A program made the position numbers and the translations under genes. Below the pieces are notes generated by a model, which saw only the letters and a program-made list of their open reading frames with translations, was not told where the DNA came from and searched no databases. A DNA stretch of 62,860 nt, the filler included, from Asterionella formosa (taxonomy: Eukaryota), in NCBI GenBank assembly GCA_002256025.1. It is 13 parts of 13 records of this genome, joined end to end, with 100 filler letters (N's around TTAATTAATTAA, not from the genome) between each part and the next. Parts side by side here need not be neighbours in the genome. Positions count along the whole stretch, not along the records: positions 23,197 to 46,254 come from NKIB01002539.1; 12 more parts are not named here. One strand, given 5' to 3'. This document shows positions 23,197 through 36,300 of the stretch, one piece after another. Positions within the stretch are counted from its first letter, which is position 1, and every line of letters starts with the position of its first letter.

Positions 23197-24071
23197 GCGA
23201 AATTTTCATGCTGAAGTCGACGAAACGGATTTACCTTGTGCGCTGTGTGCGGAACCATTACGAGTTCGAATGATTTCTTCTCTCCTGTAAACTCTTAATT
23301 GAATGACTATGAACAAAGGTTCACTGCACATGATGATTACTCGAAGATATAATGATCACTTGACCAACAAATTGAAGACGTTATCGCAATCATTTATTCC
23401 GCTTGTTATCGATAGTATTTCGTTGTTGTTGCAAAAATCGGAGTGATGAGGGGCGGATGGAAATGACGAGCCAAATTACATTACTTTAGCTGGTACAATA
23501 TCCTACCAAGAAATTCGAATACAGGAATCGAATAGAAACAATACATATAATAATTAAATATATGTAGTCAAAAGGGTTACAATTAAAATTACAAAGGCAT
23601 TTATCAAAATTATTAGATGATATAACGAAATATTATGATCAGATGATCACAATCCTATGATGCATCATGGAAATATGATAGTTTTTATTTGCAGACGACT
23701 ATCTTCCTGCAGAAATTTCGACAATGTGGTATTATAGTCGATTATATGATTCATGTTCAGTTGAGAGTTTGTTTTAATTGGTGACGATGTGATTGCTGGT
23801 TCAATTGGTGAAGTGGTTGTTGCAGGGGGACAAAAAGGCATCTTAGAGGTCCACCGATTTTGATTTTCATCGGCCGCTATATTTCGTCCTCCTTGACCAC
23901 CAACACCAATTTCGGAATTGAGATGGCTACCACTGGAACATGGCATGATTTTGTCTTGTTATAATAGTTGGTGTTGCTGTTTTTATGGCTGGTTGATTTG
24001 TTTGATTGTGTAAAACTATAAATATATTTGTCAAATCGTAAAAACACTAATCACTAATAGATGTAGAACAT

Positions 24072-24329
24072 TTAAACGCGTTTGGAAGTTGGTTTGAAAC
24101 CAGTGTACACTTCGTTTGGGTCCTTGTTCTTCAAAAGAGATCGAACCCCCTTCAAACAACAGTCAGGAATTTGCATCCAAACACCTTTTCCTAATGGACC
24201 ACAGAAAACTCTAATTAGAAACTTGTACAGAAAATTGCGGACTCTTGATGCCGTTATGTCTTCATCCTTCAACCTGGTAAGAATGGATTCACCTTCCAGA
24301 AACTTCTCCACCAACTCTTCGAGCGTCAT
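24072..24329 (-). pseudogene. P2X7 cytoplasmic-ballast/KolX-like domain fragment
   Basis: RNFLYKFLIRVFCGPLGKGVWMQIPDCCLKGVR...EVYTGFK fits the R..AY...LG.G.R..IPSC...IR...YTGFK pattern; 5' end lies next to the Harbinger insertion. Confidence 0.6.
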
Positions 24330-24639
24330 TGTCCGTTACCTTACCTCCAACCCTTTATCTATTGATTAGCAAATCTCTCATTAGAGCATCTCCACCGCAT
24401 CGACCAAATACCAAAGCCAAACGCAGTTGAAAATATCAAAACACGTCACTTGGTTGAGAATTTTTTTTATCAATAGTCGTAACTTTCATATTTTTTTCCA
24501 CCGCATCGACCAAATCCTAAAATAGTCAAATCTCGCGCCCAAAATTTTAGCAAATAGAAATAGAGTTATATTGTCTTTATATGTGTATCGTTGATAAAGC
24601 AGTACGTAGTACATAGCTATATAAACACAAAATAAAACA

Positions 24640-26116
24640 ATGAGCAATGATACGGACTCATCTGATGATGATCGCCTCTACCATTTCCGCAAGATGTATC
24701 GTCAACAAAGAAGTAAGAATGATGCAAAGAAAATACAAAATAAGGGAGGAGGAGGTTCCAAGGTTGGCAAGGCTACTAACGTGAATCGCTTTTGCGCAGA
24801 GTACGATAAGCTGTCGAAGGACGACTATTTCGGCGAGAATCCAATTTACTCTCCTGCACATTTCAGGAGGCGCTTCCGGATGCGTCGCTCCTTATTTGAA
24901 AAGATTCTTGAAGATTTGGTTGAGGCGAATCCATACTTTGAACAGAAGAAAGATGCTTTGGGTCTGGTCGGTTTTTCACCGCATCAAAAGTTAACCTCAG
25001 CACTTCGAATGTTGGCTTACGGAACTTCGGCAGATCAGCTGGATGACCTCACAAAAATGGCTGAATCGACTACACTCCACAACCTAANNNNNNNNNNNNN
25101 NNNNNNNNNNNNNNNNNNNNNNNNNNNNNNNNNNNNNNNNNNNNNNNNNNNNNNNNNNNNNNNNNNNNNNNNNNNNNNNNNNNNNNNNNNNNNNNNNNNN
25201 NNNNNNNNNNNNNNNNNNNNNNNNNNNNNNNNNNNNNNNNNNNNNNNNNNNNNNNNNNNNNNNNNNNNNNNNNCAAAAGATTTTTGTAACTCAATAATCA
25301 GCAGGTATGGAACAGAATATTTGCGAGCTCCTAATAAGGATGACATGGAAATGGTCTAACGTCTACATGAAGCAAAGGGTTGCTTGGCCGGGACTTCTTG
25401 GTTCATTGGATGTGATGCAGTGGGAATGGAAGAATTTTCCCAAGGCACACAGAGGAGCGTTTCAAGGAAAAGATGGAGTGGCTACTGTTGCTTTGGAAGC
25501 TGCAGTTGATTGTAGACTTTGGTTCTGGCATGCATGGTTTGGAATGCCAGGTGCTAACAATGATCTCAATATTTTGGATCGCTCTCCGTTTTTCCGGGAT
25601 TTGACAGCTGGAAGGACTCCTGCTGTCAACTTCACAATCAACAACAAAGAACACAATCTAGGTTACTATTTGGTTGATGGCATCTATCCAGATTGGCACA
25701 TTTTTGTCAAAACAATTTCGCAATCACAAGGTGCAAAGCGTGCACATTTTTCAATGGTTCAAGAGGCCCAACGCAAGGACATAGAGCGAGCATTTGGTGT
25801 GCTACAAGCAAGGTGGAGGATCCTGGCGCTTCCGTGCAAACTTTGGTCAGTTGGTGCAATGAATCATGTCATCATTGCATGTATCATACTACACAACATG
25901 ATTATAGAAGATGAGTGGGATACAAAAGACACAAACAAATATTTATTTGATAATATTCAGAATGGCTTTTTGGTTGACAATGTGAATCATGACAACAATG
26001 TGCATACTTTTCTAGATTTCAAAGCAATTCGAATGAACTACATGAATGAAGGTGAGCACTATCAATTGCGAAATGATTTGATTGAGCACTTGTGGACTCG
26101 AAATGAGGACAAATAA
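24640..26116 (+). pseudogene. Harbinger transposase (DDE), interrupted
   Basis: FRRRFRMRRSLF, ALRMLAYG, GSLDVMQWEWKN, NNDLNILDRSP, YYLVDGIYP, RKDIERAFGVLQARW, ACIILHNMI; TAA at 25357 and a frameshift near 25380; N gap. Confidence 0.93.
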
Positions 26117-26229
26117 AATATAGTATTTTAGTTATATTAAATTAAACATTCTATTGACTCTTAAAATGTAAATCGCAAACAATGAAATGATACAAGCAGA
26201 GTAATTGATAACCAAATTATTTTAAAACT

Positions 26230-27165
26230 CTAGTTGTTCAGTTCTAGAATCGATTCATCATCATCAGTAGATGCTGATGGAGAAGTTGAAACATCTATTT
26301 CAGCAGAACTGCTAAACTCTACTATACCTTTTTTGGCCTTTTTGGCTGCCGGTTTCCCAATCACAGCATCTATCTCCTCCATTGCTTCTTGTGCCTTCAT
26401 GGAAAACCACCTTTTTGCTTCTGCTGATTCACTATTCATTGAAAATATCTTGAATAGAAACTCATCAAGTTGAGTTTTCACCTTTCTTTCAAGCATCATA
26501 ACATGTTTCTGCTCAATGACAAGCAAGCTGAGCATTTGCAACATGCTTTTCATTCTTGGCGGCTTTTGCCCCCATGGGATGCAACTCATACTTCAAAGCA
26601 TCGAGCTTCAATTTTGAATGATCCCGACCATAACCGCAACCACCCTTCCACTTCGTGGCTTCCTTAAAAAAATGGCAACACTCTTCGAAAATAAATTCTT
26701 TGCCTAGCCTTTTCCCTTTTCCTTCCAATTTAAATAGCTCCATAGCTTCTTCAATGTATTTATCTTCCGTCCATCTCGATTTTGGAACACTTTTTACCAG
26801 TGCAAAGGGCCGCAGAACTTTGTAACGTCTTGATTTATCANNNNNNNNNNNNNNNNNNNNNNNNNNNNNNNNNNNNNNNNNNNNNNNNNNNNNNNNNNNN
26901 NNNNNNNNNNNNNNNNNNNNNNNNNNNNNNNNNNNNNNNNNNNNNNNNNNNNNNNNNNNNNNNNNNNNNNNNNNNNNNNNNNNNNNNNNNNNNNNNNNNN
27001 NNNNNNNNNNNNNNNNNNNNNNNNNNNNNNNNNNNNNNNNNNNNNNNNNNNNNNNNNNNNNNNNNNNNNNNNNNNNNNNNNNNNNNNNNNNNNNNNNNNN
27101 NNNNNNNNNNNNNNNNNNNNNNNNNNNNNNNNNNNNNNNNNNNNNGGTAACACCTGAACCCATAC
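26230..27165 (-). pseudogene. Harbinger accessory ORF (Myb/NAM-associated-like), frameshifted
   Basis: IEEAMELFK...FIFEECCHFFKEATKW...PMGAKAAK, typical of PIF/Pong ORF1; partly in an N gap, start uncertain. Confidence 0.75.
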
Positions 27166-28045
27166 TGACAAGGTTGAATAAATTATGCGTATATTTATGA
27201 GTCGACACCAAGCACACATGCTGATCATGGTTGTATTTTTACTAGCTAGTCTACATGAAAATTGTACCAAAAATGTATTGCAACTATTTATGCACTCATT
27301 AAACCATAAATGTTAGGTTGCCGGCGCAAGCCACAATCTAAACCAATAGAAATGCTTCTTTTATTTGGCTACGGTCAGAGTCTAATCAACCAAATACCTG
27401 ATATTTGGTCGCTCAATAAGGGGGTCATCCTCAAACAAGACCAAAGCATATTTGGTCTTGGTCAATGTGGTGGCTAAAATATTTTTGCTTTTTCGACCAA
27501 CACACATCATGACGTGTTAACGACTCCCAACTGCAATAGGCTTGGTATTTGGTCGATGCAGTGGAGATGCTCTTATTTTAAACGTTGACTCTCAGCTTTT
27601 AGGTGATACCTGGTACTTACCATGTACCGGTACCTGGTACCCTGGTACCGGTACGCACGACAGATCTACACGAGATAACGGTAGTGCATGGTGCATGCCG
27701 ATGCATTGATACCGGGTTTGCAGGCCTACGTCCGATGAGCAGACGGGTTTTCAGAGGAACCAGCCAAAATATATGTGATCTATGATGTGGGCAAGAAAAT
27801 TGGAATATTTATTCGCTCCGGATCGCTCATTGTAAAACTGTGATACCCTGTACCTGGTACCAGAATGTAATACCTGGTACCTGGTACTGGTCGAACTGCT
27901 GGAAACGAAGCAAAACAAGTATTTGCATAGCGGTCATACTACCAGTACTATCCACATCGATCGTCTTCTCACTCGCATATATTTACTATATGGAGCAACA
28001 TCAATAATCATCGCTCCCGTAAAACAACGAGCCAATAAATAGATC

Positions 28046-30163
28046 ATGGTGGCAGTGAACGAGGATGCTGCCTCGAACGAGTCGAACGAGGAGCAAGGTG
28101 GCCACTGCGATGAGAGATATCGATGTCTCGTAGTGGATTCTGGGCCCATTATTCGCATGACGGGTCTCACTGCGCTTCGCGACAAGGCGCAGTTGTATTA
28201 CACTGTCCCTGCTGTGCTACAGGAAATTCGAGATGCCAAGGCGAGGCAACACATGGGCAGCCTTCCCTTTGAATTAATTACTCGGGAAGCGTCACCGGAG
28301 GGAGTTCAAGCAATGGTGAACTTCTCGAGGCAAACGGGAGATTATCAATCGCTCAGTAGCGTCGATTTGCAGGTTTTGGGTTTGTTGTATGATTTGGGTA
28401 AGTATTGAAGAGAGAGAGATGCTATCATCGATGGTGATGTCTTCGTATTCGTTGCGAACGACGCTAATTTCCATTCCGTGCTGTATATAGAACGAGAAGG
28501 GTGCTCTGGCGACATGAGCCACATTCGAAAAACACCCAAGCGGACTGTTGGCGTCGGGAAAATTGAAGCCTTGAACGGGAAAACACCTGAAGGAGCTTCT
28601 GTGCTGGAGGAAATAAATGACGAAGAAGAATCGGAAGAAGTAGGAATGGAGCAAATCGATTCCGGCGCTGCCTTTTTCCAACGAACGCCAATTGTTCCAG
28701 AAGAGCCAGCAATCACACACGAAGCACCAGCAAAGCCGAAAACTTGGGCCATGCTAGTCAATCCAACATTGGCGTGTGCTCAGTCTCCCAAGCTTGCAGA
28801 TAGAGCAATCACACAGATTGATTTTGGGAAGGTTAACCTTGGAGGTGGTGGCGAAGTTGAATCCCTCGAGGGTCAATTTAGTGACGCAGACGAAGATGAC
28901 GTTTCTCATGCTTCGCCGTGTGAACAAGGTGAGGAAAGCAGTAACGATGAGTACGAATACGACGAACATGCTGAGATAAGTGACGAGGAATGTGATGTTT
29001 ACATATTGGATCCACAAGAAGTCGAAGAACGTAGGCGATCCCAACAATATGTGGAGGAGGGCGACGAACTCAAGTCTGATTTTCCAAGTTTGTTAGCATC
29101 TATGCAAGTTCCTTATGATGGATCAGACCATGAAGAGTCTGAAAAGCCGGTCACTGCTGCTATTCTGGCTAGACGACTAGCTGATAAAAGGAAGTTAGAG
29201 GCCTTGAAACCAGTCAGCAAGTCAGGAAAGTTGTACGATTCCTTTCAGAAATACAGTGAAATTATGAAACCGAAGGAGGTGAAACCTGTTGATGGCCACG
29301 CTTATGTAGAAGAAACAAAACCAGAATCAACTGGAGAAAGAAAAAATCAAGGCAATGAACAATCTCGTATTATTGGTGGTGCCGACTTAGCTGGTCAAGG
29401 GACTCAAGTCGACGACGATGGAGAAGGGTGGGTCACCTCAACCAATGACATCCGTCATATGAAAGCAGCTGGCAAGCTTAATCCCACACAAACGCCCCCT
29501 GGAAACGGAAAGGAGACAATAGCGTCAGTTGGTCCTCCCAACTCAAAGCGAACCGCATGTACGACAACTGACTTCGCCATGCAAAATGTCATTCTTCAAA
29601 TGAATTTCGAACTACTGACTGTTGACGGTATCAAAGTTCGTCGACTCAAGACGTGGGTATCTCGTTGCGGTGCCTGCTTTACTATTTATACCGATACTGA
29701 GAACTCTGGTCCATACAAACCTAAAAGATTGTTTTGTTCTCGATGTGGAAGTGACATGATGCAACGTGTTGCTGCCAGTGTCGACAGTAAGACTGGGCGA
29801 CTACGATTGCACCTGTCAAAGAATTACAAAACAAGTACACGCGGGACAAAATTTTCTTTGCCAAAGCCTGGCTCCAACAATCGGTTTCAAGGCGATCTGT
29901 TACTACGAGAAGATCAACTCATGATGGGCGCATGGAATCAAAAGGTCAAGAAGATGTCGGGAGGTTCCTCAAAAGGAGCTGCCCAAAGTGTTTTTGGGAG
30001 TGATTTAGCAGCAAATGTAGGCTGCCATGCGACGAGAGTGCACTCAGATGACATCAAAGTTGGGTTTGGGCGTCGCAATCCAAATGCTGCCACTGGTGGG
30101 CGTGAGCGGCGAGGCAAGAAAAAGAAGACAGGTGATAAGGCATGCGGCTTGCGAAGATATTAA
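28046..30163 (+). CDS. NOB1: 20S pre-rRNA D-site endonuclease NOB1; exons 28046-28397, 28491-30163
   Basis: PIN motifs LVVDSG, VLQEIRD, LSSVDLQVLGL; TTDFAMQNVILQM; Zn ribbon RCGACF...FCSRCG; RGTKFSLPKP; 93-nt GT-AG intron restores the frame. Confidence 0.96.
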
Positions 30164-30306
30164 TGCGTTGCTAACTTCTTGTTATAGCACTAGCAACGAA
30201 CAAACCCCATATGTAAAATCTTAACAAAGCGAGAAAGAAGCCTACTCCTTCCAGTTCATTCCCCATCATGTATTGCAGTGAATGCATTTCATTAAGTTGA
30301 TATAAA

Positions 30307-33300
30307 TTACGTTCTCTTTTCGCTGTCATCGGTTGTAAGTCTCTTGGATTTCTGGGAATCGTCGCCTTCTCCATTTTTAGGTAGTTTCATAGAGAACTTG
30401 AGTTTCTCAGGCTTGCCAGCTGGTACAGTCAATCGAATTGTCTTGAGTTGATCTCCTACTTGTATGGTTGTTTGAAACTTTTCACCTACTTCAAGACCTT
30501 GGGGGACTTCCACAACATATTGCCTTGCCACCTCGTTGGCACGGGCATCAGTATGCGTGCCAGTAGGGTCGTCACTTCTAACGATGGATTTTGAAGTCAT
30601 TTTCTTTTTGTTTTTGGAATAAATGGTCGAAGCCAGCATTGGAAAGAGCTCGCGACACTTTTCAAGCGCTGCTTCCAGAACAGCAGACTTGGAGAAACTA
30701 CTCGACCAGTCATTAGATTGCAATGTGATGGCATTCGAATCATTGCGTGCTTGATAAATCTGACAGAGGGTTTCTATTTCGGGGATCGATGATCTGCCGA
30801 GCTTCCATTCTCGTGACGTCTCTAAATCAACCACACTGCAGTTCATGCGTAAAAAGCAGGCATAGCTACGCTTCAACAGATCAACGTTTTCCTTATTGGG
30901 TGTTGAGTTGAATTCCTTGAATAAGATCTCTACCAAAGCTCGATTGGTCTGTCTTTTCACCGCTAGCAAAAATGGATCAAGAAATGACCCCTTTAGCAGT
31001 AAAGAGTCGCGGTTGTGATGAGCTTCTGACAGACGTCCTCCAGTAAGGGCGGTTGCTTGGTAGAACGACGGGAGATCTCGCTTGCAGAATGCAATCCATT
31101 GAAGAAAAGTTTCCAAATCATTGGTTCGTCGACAGATTCGGAGACAATCAATATAGGCACTTATATACTTCCCTCTGATAGAATCATACTTTCGGATACT
31201 GTTATTCAATAGCTCAAATGGTGATGGTGAAGTTGATGCGCTGGTGACCCAGACCGCACAAAGCTGGGGCCTAGAAGCAGCAAATGCATGAATTAGAATA
31301 AAGCAACCATAGTCAGAGATGTACTGAGCCTTTTACTTACCGTTTTTTCTCAAAAAGTGTCACCATGATAACCTCAGCACTATTTGCACAAGGTGTCGCA
31401 CTGTTTAGCCCACGTATGCGATAGCTCTTCGTTGCTGGGACTGTTCCGAGGCTACCTAGGATGTAACCAGTGGCTGGATTGTCGAAGACAGGAGCCCACA
31501 TGAGCGCTTGTGCATACCTATATACCGAGCGGTGGAAGAACGGTTGTTCCAGACGGCATTGAGCCAGTGCCAAAACAACATCGGCAATCACCATCCAAAT
31601 GCGCCTGCGCACGTCCACTTTGGAATCCGCATCTGGGATGTCGTACCAATGACATTCCGTCAGACGCAGTGATTCGAGCACTACCAGATGACTTTCACCT
31701 TCAGTTCTCTGGACAGCCGCAAGAAGACATTTCAACCGCGACGCATGGAGTCGATACAAAACTTCGACAGCCCCATGAGAGCTTCCGCCAGCCTGAACAT
31801 CACTCCCAGTCTCGTTTTCTTGCCTTTGAGCTTCATCTAGTGATGCAGCATACGAATTCAGCGCCAATTCAAAATGATGCTCATACGCCCTCCTTATGAT
31901 GCCTGACTCAGCTGTGTCGCTGCTAGCAACACACTTCTCGAGGCTAAAAGTCTTGGCGATTTTCTCGTGGCACTAAATTAAACAGACAAGGTAATACAAG
32001 TTGTGATTAAACAGATATGATGGTAAGTCAAGTTTTGTTCCTTCATCCTTGTATCAGTACATACCTTGCCAATCATAAAGTGGAGATCCCATGTAACTTG
32101 GCTTTCGTCATCAGCATCACCTGTGGTGTTTATGGCTTCGAGCGCAGTTTGAAAGCAAAGCAAAGCAGTGTGTGCCAAATCCCGTTTTTTGTGATCAGTC
32201 AGAACCTGCAATGGGTAACCGTACACTTGGTTGCCCATTAGTTGTGAATAATGGAGAGTTCCTAGAGACTCAAGAATCTCAGACTTGAGCACTTCGTCAT
32301 CGGGGGTGCGTTCATTCTTTGTGTTTAGGACAAACAAGGCAACAGATAAACATTTTGTGGACATTCTGCGGAGACATTCAACAAACATACCACCCAAAGC
32401 CTGCTGCCATTGTACCAAATCCCCTTTATCGATCAAGCCCTTCAGTTCCAACAAAATCTGCGTTTCGAAAGGATCCGAAACATTTGCCTCAAGTTTCTGG
32501 AAGAAAGAATTGAGGGACTTAAATGACGACCAGGAATGGTCAACGAAAAGTGATAGATCATTGCCTATAAACGGAACCCAACCTTCTTTCTTGCGAAGAA
32601 AGTCGTACTCTTGGCGTTCCAAAAGGTCCGATAATACCATGGCTTTCTGGGGTTGCTCCCGACTTGATGGCACACTGAAGTTTCGACTCCTTAAGAATCC
32701 CTCTGAATACCCCATCCGATCAGCAATTGCATCTGCCTTGAGTTGAAGGCATTGTGCTGCTCCAGCCCATCCTTCTGCATTATCGGTATCACCAAAAGAG
32801 AGATCGTCAAGCATGCAGCGAAATTTTCTCGATAAAGCTCGCTCGTTTTGTGCTGTGACTGATCGTTCGTCTGTATTGGATTCCTCCCCCTTCTGACTTT
32901 TCGTAGAGTCGATTGATCCCGACGAAAGACTTGGAAGAGGCCCCATCGCCAGCTCCCTATAAATTCCCCTGCGAACAATCATGATTTCGTCGCCAACAAC
33001 AGTCTCCGCGCCTTCGCCATGACTGCGCAAATTGGGCACTAAATCATCGAACAGGGAAGTCCAATTCATTGAATTTGACACAACTACATTGACATCCTTC
33101 GATAGAAAAGAGTCCCGTTTCGAGGAAAAAATGAATTTGCGGACAGCTTTGATTTTGTTTGTTTCCAATGCTGGTGGCAACGAGGAAGCCACGCACTCAA
33201 GGGCCGGTTTAGGCGGGGATTTCCGACTTTGAAAATAAGTTCGACGTATGCAACGATATAGCTGGGCGGCTGCATCTGGACTTTCTGGCACAGATTTGCC

Positions 33301-36300
33301 AGATAATTGATCGTCAGTTGAATGACTCGACTCCTTCGACGCCGACGAAATCGTGAATCCATACAAGTGTCTGTATGCCTTATGAAGCATAGAGTCTAAG
33401 AGGGCACCTGTCGTTCTCGCTCCAAATGGATATGTTTCCGCCCAAAGGTTCTCTCTAGATTTTTCACGACTGCATTGAACAAGGAGAAGATCTGCAAGGG
33501 ACGATAGCACTCGGGTGATGATGAGCGGTAAAAGTATACCATGCTCTTGACCGTAATCAAACCTTGGCTCGAACGAAAGCATTGTCTTTTCATTAATTCT
33601 TGCACAAACCACAGATATGCACTGTACAGCCTGCGAAGCACATCGAAGTATGCCATCATACCTCTTCCCTTTCGTCTCAAAACGCCCTTCGTCCGACTCA
33701 TAATCGTTTGCACTTGCTTCAGAATCGAAAAACTCACCTAAACTGAGCTGGCTCGGAGTTAATTCTTCTGTCCCATTCAGGATGGAGAGACCCGCTCCGC
33801 AAAGGGAGATTAACATCGCTCCCAATGGAATGGAAAGCTCTTCTGCAACCAAGCGCTCCAGAGACGTCCCAGTAGCATTAGATACCTCACTGCCGACGAC
33901 AGAGGTCCACAACCATATCAGACTTTCAACAAATGTTCCAATCGAGGACAAATGATCTTTGTCACCTTCATCGCTAGGGAATGATTCAATCTGCACCATC
34001 GACAAAAGTAAAGCAGTGTGTTGAACACTATCACCGACCACTGTAACAGGTGACCGAGAAAGAAGCCTCGCGATTTCCTCTCCAACGCTGGCAACGAGAC
34101 CAGCTCTAGTCATACATGCTCGCTGGCGTACAGCACGCCCCATTCGGTTGCCTTTGCTTGGTTGAAGTAGCAAAGGCAGAGCCAAGCGCTGAGTGACAAT
34201 TATTCTTACCATTCCTACGAAGAAAGTTTTGTCAAGGAAAGAAACATTGCTTGGCTGAAATGGGCCTCGACAAGCATCAATTAAGGAATGAATTCGAAGA
34301 AATAACTTAGAATCCATGAAAAGGTGTTGCGAAAGAACTCTGTCGTTGCAGGAACTCGAATACCATTTAGCAACAAAACCCAACGCAAAATGTACTACAG
34401 ATCGGAATTCATATGATGAGGCCAGTTCTTTCCTCTGCTTGTCGTCAAGACGATTCTTACAGCAATCGATTATCTTGTGCATGACGAAATCAATCAAAAC
34501 GCCGATTAATAAAACTTTGTTTTCATCGCTATTTCGTAGGTGATTTGAAGAGTGCAAATCATCGAAGAAAATCTCGTCGTCTGAGAATGAGTCGTCATCA
34601 CTCAATTCTGCGTCTGTCGGTTCTTTCTTTCTCATATCATATTGTGACAATTTTGTCAGCAACGCTGCCTGCTGCTGCAAGGACGATAGAATCACTCGAG
34701 TAAGAACCATCAAGACAATGCTATAATCGCCCGATTCAGCTTGCAAACACGAGCAGAAAATGGTCAAAATGCTTGGGTGTTGGATGTCAATGAGGTCGGA
34801 AATCCCTGGTGTTCCCAGGGGCAGCAAGCTCCAAAGACCACCCCAATCATTCGTGCATAATATGGTTGGGTGGTCATCATCAATGAAAGCCACTAATTGG
34901 TGACTGCAAGTAGTTAGAAAGTCGTCGACGAGCTCCTCAAACCGTGAATTTACAGCAATAGTGGAAAGGTCATATCGTTCCAGAAGTGCCTTGCCGATAT
35001 TGGACAATCCTGTTAAATCTTCTTCGCGTAGGGGCTTGCCATTAATGGTTTTCCAGTGCGCAGTAATTGCATCAACTCTTTCTTGAAAATTTTGGCGAGC
35101 AAATGACACAACCGCCGCCGCTTGTATTTCTTCTTTAAATCGATGAAGTTCACTCTCAGAAAGGTTTCTCCAGATTGCATCGGAACGACGTGGTGACGAA
35201 AGGTGGGGCGTCGAGACTTTTGCAGCTGGAGATGATCCCGGTAGGCGAAGAGTTACAAGAATTTCGCTTATCTGCTTCAATGCCAACGATTCTGCGTCCT
35301 TGGATTCTCTGACACTGTGAGCCATTCTGCTCCTCCACATATAGTATCCTGCCGCAAACCAGTGACATCGCGCCTTCAGAGCAATGTTCACATTCGAAGT
35401 CCCATCCGCTATGATTGAAGTCACCCCTGAAAGCAACGTTGGTAATAAAAGCGATGTGGTGTTGGCGTCGCCATCGAAATCATGAACTTCAAAACCATCT
35501 TCTTCGCACCGGCGTAATCTGAGCTCTGCACTCAAAAGATTTACGGACAAGATGCGCACCTTCATTTCGGTTGACGATAAAGAAGAAATCGCAGGGCCAT
35601 ACCAGCAATGATCAAGTTTGTTGCGTCGTCCGCTCCGTTGAGCTAGGATGTCTATACATTCGAGAAACATATTGGAGAGAATAATTGAATCACTTGCGTC
35701 GCCAGAAAAGACGTCCCCAACATTCATGGCGACATGTGCCACAAACAGGTTCAACACATCGAATGGGCCCGAATTCGATGCACTACATTGATCAATAAAT
35801 GCAGTGAGGCACGAGTCGCCTAAACGTTCCTCGGCTTGTTGCCTACTATTGAAAGGCTTGCTTGACTGCGCTTGTTTGCCGATATCTTCCATAATCGGGC
35901 TAGAAGCAATATCAACTAATTCAGTCCAATTCACGGGATAACGAGCCATGTCACGATACAACGTAGAATCAGCGGTACAGTTAAGCACTGATGACAGTAC
36001 ACAGAATTCAACAGATCTACGTTTCGACTCCCTTTCTGCTCGTTTTCCAGATGTAATGAGCTGCGATTGCACTCGTTTTGACGATCTCGCTCGTGATCGT
36101 TCGCTTATCTCGGCCTGATCATCGTGAACCGATGCTGACTCAGGCGGCTCAATTAAAATTTCTTCCGTGAGCTCGTTTTCTGGTAATACGTTAGTGCCAA
36201 TATCTTGTTTGTTGATAATTCCGGAACTTCGCATATATTCTCGTCGCTCCAAGGATGTCCGCGCCGAAACAATGCATGCCGATAATCCTCTACACGTTGC

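Larger units (their letters stand above)
24384..27572. mobile_element. Full-length PIF/Harbinger DNA transposon (degenerate)
   Basis: ~30-bp TIR GAGCATCTCCAC(C/T)GCATCGACCAAATACCAA; TTA TSD at 24381-24383 and 27573-27575; two convergent ORFs; subterminal GACCAAA words. Confidence 0.96.

Noticed and set aside
23197..23260. Possible 5' end of the 22666-23096 gene beyond the gap
   Set aside because: The gap is a linker between two similar-sized scaffolds, so continuity is unsupported
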